DNA of 64,000 nucleotides from Rhodosorus marinus CCMP1338 (taxonomy: Eukaryota > Plantae > Rhodophyta): the NCBI GenBank assembly GCA_029953675.1, contig JAMWBK010000011.1:1-64000 (forward strand), read 5' to 3'. Under the pieces are notes generated by a model that made no database searches, was not told where the DNA came from, and was given only the letters and a program-made list of their open reading frames with translations. Positions 58,980 through 64,000 of the stretch are shown piece by piece. The translations under genes were made by a program, and so were the position numbers. How positions within the stretch are numbered: the stretch's first letter is position 1; every line of letters starts with the position of its first letter.

Positions 58980-61469
58980 TCGTCACATCCCTGCACCGTC
59001 CGACCCAGTCATCCAGTCCCGTCCAATCCCGAACGTCGAAAATCTACCAGCTTCGTCTCATCTTTTCCATCCTTCTCGCTAACTTGCCCGATCAAGCGCT
59101 TCGTCTCCAATCCAAAGTCATCCTCTCACGGGTCTACCATTTCAAAATCCCCAACCCCGCGAGTCGATCCAGAATTCTAACCTTCTGTACACCCCTCGAC
59201 GATTTCTTGCAAACTGACGCCCCACACCAACGCCTGTTTTTGCATCGGAACAAAGCCTCAAATCGTCACATCAACCTGGAGCCAAGACACCTCCACGTCT
59301 GTTCTGCGGACAATCATCCAGAGTTGTCGAGACACAAGGTAATAACAGGAGAGCAAGTCGTTTTCGAGGCGAACCAACCTATCCACAGCGGGGCTACTCG
59401 TGTTCTATCATTCGATATATTAAGTACACGGGTTTTTAGTTCAGGCCAAGCAGACACCATCTGTTTCCCCAGATGCTCGCAAGTAGTCAAAGGCCTAGCA
59501 GCGTCCTATATGGTAAAGCGAGCTGTGCTACCAGAAGGACCCATTCAGCAGGTATCCATATTTTGGGTTGATAAAACCTCAAAATACTCCAAATTTAGAC
59601 ACAAGTACCTGAATATTCAAAACAATTCCACAATTTCAGGAAATGTTGGACAGCTGTCGTTTGATGCATCCATAATTTTCTATAAATATCTAAACTCTCC
59701 TCAACACTGAGATGCCCGCGGCAACGGATGCTTGATCCGAATGACCCCGCTTGATCCTATTTTCAGAAGAGCTTGAATATTCATCCAGAATGAATATACG
59801 AACAACACACGAAAGCTTGGTCTGGGGTGCCGGTTTGGGGGGTGGGGGGGGTGAGTGCTGCCACTTACGTCATCGGCTTCTGGTCAACATGTGCCGAATT
59901 CTGATTGCCCGGTTTGGTGGCCTTTCATCCCCATCTCAGAATTTTCTTTGTTTACTACACAATTAACCGCTTACAAAAATGGTTGGGTGGTGAATTCGTT
60001 TTCCGAACGATTGGCCGGGTAGCCCCCATAGATTGGGAATGTTTCGCAGCTTTCCCAACACTTCGTAGAATATAGAAAATTCCACAACCTCGGATGTGCG
60101 ATTACATGTTTACTTCCAGAAGGACAAAATAAGGGATTCCCTTACCCCTTGTCTATTGCACTGTTTACGAGGAATCGACTATACAATGATGCATTATTTG
60201 CCAGCTTGGTAAGGGCTGCTTTTGATCGTAGAGAAATAGAATGATTGGTTAACACATTGTAATACGGATATTAATTGGATAAAATGGAAACGTTTTATTT
60301 GTAAAAAGTAATATTTGGGATACTACTGTTAGTTAATAAGTGTATTCGGAATATATACACCAATAATAGTGACTTGGTACAAGTACAGGAACATGAATGG
60401 TGAAACTAGGTACAATGTCTATTCTATTGGTCATAATACTATATATTTCCTAATTATTTCACTATCTTCGAGTATTCCAATCAGCTCAATGAGAGCGCTT
60501 CCCAATCAGACAAACCGGAATCGAAGTAGAGTTTTTGAGACCAACCAGAGTAGACCAGATGTTCTGTGTTGGCGTGATTGAAATGCTGACAAAAGATTCG
60601 AAAAACGTTGGACGCTTGTCCGTCACGGACACCGAACCCAACAGTGCAGAGCTTGCAATGAGTAAGGCAATCTGGGTCATCTAAAGCGGATCTCAACTAG
60701 CGGATAGGCGGGGATTTTCGAAATATACTCGAGCATGGTGAACACAGTTGAAGTTCGGCCATAGAGGAAGATCGTAAAACCCCCAAAAAGCAACGGAGAG
60801 GCGACAGCAAGCCAATACCGTGCAGCCCGTTTGGCCTTCTCGTCGGCAGCCCTGTAATTGCTCAACTGTCCAACAGGGTGGGCAATATCCAGACGAGTTT
60901 TCGTTCTGATGCTAGCAGGGAACATACGAGTCCCTGATACAGAGAATCCGTCGTTAGATTTGCTGATCCGGCTCTGCCTCCTCTTTTGCTGCCGGAGCAG
61001 GATAGGTAATTTCTGTCTCAATCTTTTAGGACTTGATTTTCTTGAGTACGGAAACATGGACGATCTGTCCTTAAGATTTTCGCCATTCTTTCCGTTTCAA
61101 ATCGGTCATATTGTTGAAAGGTCAACGGTATGCGGCCTTCACCACAAGGGTAGAACCCTTACCGTAGTAGTAGAAGATACTAATGGTATCATAGCGGATA
61201 GGCATCATACCAGGGGTAGAGCCCATCGTAGATGGCGGCTCACCGCTAGACTATTTATTGAGTGCATTTGTTGCGTGGGGTCAGGGTACGAATAAAGGAA
61301 GGCAAGGATATTTGGGAAGGGTTACAACAAGCGTCATTTTTCCTGCATGCCCTAGGGCGGTCATTGATTCTGTACTGAAGACCAGGGAAGGGGGAAAAGG
61401 AAACCAGCAGGAGTTCGGCTGAAAGCGATCAACGAGCTAGGGACCTCATTTACCCCCAGTATACACAGG

Positions 61470-62440
61470 CAGTGGAGAATCCAGGAATCCCTTCGGACAC
61501 TGGAAATATGTTTCTCCGACTCCAGGGAATCGCGAATGTACTGGTGGACGACAGAGGAGTTGACAGTAAGGATTCAGCTTATGTATCTGCTGTACTAGCG
61601 AAGCCTCTGGCTGGGCAAACGCTGGACATCATCACCGGCGTAGGAGACAACCCGAAGGATCAATAGAACGCACTCCGAGAAAGGTATGCTACGACGACCG
61701 CGAAAAAGCACAGACACCGTTTGGGCAAGAGTCTACCAACGGAAGATGAGACCGGGAGAAAGCACTCGCACGTTGTATCCTGGCTTGACATGGAGTTTGC
61801 GTAGATACGGGAAATCCCTGGCTAGACTCCGACGGATACAAAAATATTGAGAATAATGAGAAAATTCCTGAGGATCGATGAGAATTTAAAGATTTCACCT
61901 TCGACATATGGAGAGACCCCAAACTCTCATGAGCAATGCTCTGCAGAAGTCTTGCAGATTATACCGGAAGTTGGTAAGAACACAAACAGCAAGAAAGGAA
62001 GCCGAAAGAGAATTAGAAGGGAGGAGCCGGGAGACCTGTCATAGCAGCGGGCGAGCAAGAAAACGCACAAGTTTAAGTGCTACAATTGTGGTCAGCGGGG
62101 GCACTTCAAGAACGAATGTAAGAACGATTAAAACGGTCACCGAAGGAATCGAGGCCTGTACATATGACAGCTGCTTATCAAATTGCTTCTGGACGGAGAT
62201 CTTGGAGCCAGTCGCCAGAGGACTGAACAAGACGCCGTAGTGTCTCCCTCGGAAGCACAAGCCCGCACGAGTACGCCCCTTGGAAGGAAGCCGAAACTGC
62301 ACAGCTTGTACTTATTCGGGGCAGAAATCTCCTTCAAGAAAGAGTGAAACTCGCACTTAGGGCAATGCCGGGAGTCCTGATACACGTATGTGATTGTCCG
62401 CGTGGCGAGGCTATACTTGCCAGTAGAAGACAAGTGTATC
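61470..62440 (+). mobile_element. Degenerate Ty1/copia LTR retrotransposon remnant (gag, zinc knuckle, integrase C-terminus)
   Basis: CYNCGQRGHFKNEC (CX2CX4HX4C) at about 62075-62120; DSCLSNCFWTEILEPVARGLNKTP and TPLGRKPKLHSLYLFGA resemble copia integrase C-terminal motifs; many stops. Confidence 0.78.
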
Positions 62441-62445
62441 CATAC

Positions 62446-62805
62446 GCGAAACTGGAACATACAGTAAGACAAACGCCCGGCGAAAACGCAAAAGATCCAC
62501 AGGCCTGACCGCAAATGGCCTGAAGCGACGGAAGGATCCCGAACGACGCAACAGGAAGAAGAAGACACAGTAACCCCTGAATTCACTGCGAAAGTGAGAC
62601 TCCCAATAGGACGTACTAGAGCCAACGACATGGACGGAATCAATCGCTGGACCATACGTGGATTCAGGGTTGCTGTGTCTTTGTCTTCCTGTTGCGTCCT
62701 TTCCGACGTTTCCGTCGCTTCGGGTCATTTGCTGTCCGGCCTGTGGATCTTTTTGGCTTTCTTTTTTTCGCCCGGCGTTGTTTTTCGTGCACATTCCAGT
62801 TTCAC
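62446..62805. repeat. Imperfect inverted repeat, arms 62446-62586 and 62658-62805
   Basis: AAAAGATCCACAGGCC...GAAGCGACGGAA...CGCAACAGGAAG mirrored on the right; seen also as similar translations in opposite-strand ORFs. Confidence 0.88.
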
Positions 62806-63129
62806 GTTTCGCGAGTATCCTATAAATTGCTACGGTGGACAATTTTTCGGGGACTGCCTTCGGTTCCTATTTTTTTCCGCCAAAAACAGGCAAAAACCTT
62901 CCTCGACGTGTGGTAGTACTAGTACAAAATGATGATTGTTAAGGTGAATCCGGAGGGCATGGGACATTGGAGCGCCCCATTCAAGAGGCCAGCCCCAATA
63001 TGCCATAATGATAAAACTTCCATCGATCACCCTTGATTTTGGGGTATAAAATCTGGCCTGGCGCAATGCGGCAAGCCTCCTCTTAATTTTATTCAGCAAG
63101 TTCAAGAAAAAGTTGTCCCATTATTATAT

Positions 63130-64000
63130 GCCTTAGTGCAGCTAGTGCGTGGGCGCTCTTTGTTCACGCGTAGTGAAGGAAAGAGGGTTTTTCTGTTGGT
63201 GGATGACAAAGCCAAAGATTTTGCTTTGAAGGTGGTCAGCAAGGAAGTTCGCGAGGGAGGTAATCGCCGATAACCCTTCCGTGTGCAGGCAAGGCACTGG
63301 TGTCGCCTTATAAGTGCTCTGCGCACTTCGATTTTGACCGTTTCTCGGGCAATTTCCTGTCTCCGGGAGAAACGGCAGGGCTCTCTGAGCATGAGAGCAG
63401 CGTGAAGGCGGCAGCGATCCATTGGCTACGGATTCAGCGCCTTGAGAGGATCTTGTTGGAGCGGTTCCGGTCGGGCCCTCGTCACCTGCGCATGGCGGTT
63501 TCCAGTTTCTTCGATCTGGAGAGGCGACTTGTGCTGACTTCGCGCTACAAGACAGAGCTGCAGCGGGTGGGTATTTTGGAGGGCTCTGCTTCCAGCACTA
63601 CTTCCAGCGAGAGTGGTGAGGAAGGGGAGCAGACTGAGGGCATGGCGGTGGAGGACGCCCAGGTTACTTTGCTGAAGCCCGCGGGATCCGTTCCGCGAGC
63701 CTCGCGGAGTGGGCGGCTCACGACTTTGGTGCGGATAGGAGGTAAGAGAGCGAGGACCGACTCCCCCGGGTCTAAGGGGGAGAAGCACGATTAGCGCTCC
63801 AGGCACGGCTGCGAGGTCGCAGCCTATGGATCTACAGTCTTATGTCCTGAAGGAGGGCGGAGACTGGGGCATTTGGCGTACGCGTTTTCGGAGTTGGCTC
63901 CGGCGGTGGATTTCTTTGGAAGGAGGCTCGCTTCCCTCCCTGGGGGCATTCCCCCAGTCGTCCTTCCTCGTGGAGACCTTCTAGTAGCTGGAACCATTCT
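63130..64000 (+). mobile_element. CRE-like element: ORF1 C-terminal half and ORF2 start (ATG 63826), running off the window
   Basis: IHWLRIQRLERILLERFRSGPRHLR...KRARTDSPG and GGDWGIWRTRFRSWLRRW match the 42-43 kb copy. Confidence 0.85.

Noticed and set aside
58952-59710. 252-aa plus-strand ORF
   Set aside because: It overlaps the probable promoter and 5' end of the 735-aa gene, has no motifs, and may be a chance open frame.
1-64000. tRNA, rRNA, snRNA or spliced-leader target genes for the CRE-like elements
   Set aside because: No cloverleaf, rRNA or U2/SL-like sequence was recognised at any insertion junction.

Overview
Eukaryotic nuclear DNA of about 50% GC with mostly intronless genes; one clear 97-nt GT-AG intron lies in an amidase gene. 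A unicellular or red-algal source is plausible but is only my inference from gene style. Roughly a third of the window is a dense pile of restriction-like-endonuclease (CRE-clade-like) non-LTR retrotransposons. They fall into two tail types: type A ends in a stem-loop plus variable AGTAAA/AATAAA-G(T/C)CC repeats and AAAACC, and type B ends in (TTCG/TTCA)n. One full-length B element (329-9835, 10-bp TSD) is split by a 4.75-kb insert with its own 16-bp TSD that carries an intact secreted-protein gene. Between the elements lie mostly secreted-protein genes: three with a shared unnamed Cys-containing domain (one fused to RTX Ca-binding repeats), two paralogous proteins with over 30 Cys, a beta-propeller, and a tandem-duplicated astacin-C2-EGF-C2 metalloprotease lacking a propeptide. 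Also present are an amidase, a frameshifted STEAP-type metalloreductase, a 735-aa orphan membrane protein, a Ty1/copia remnant, small MITE-like elements and several long inverted repeats. I found no rRNA, tRNA or CRISPR array. Boundaries of decayed repeats are approximate.
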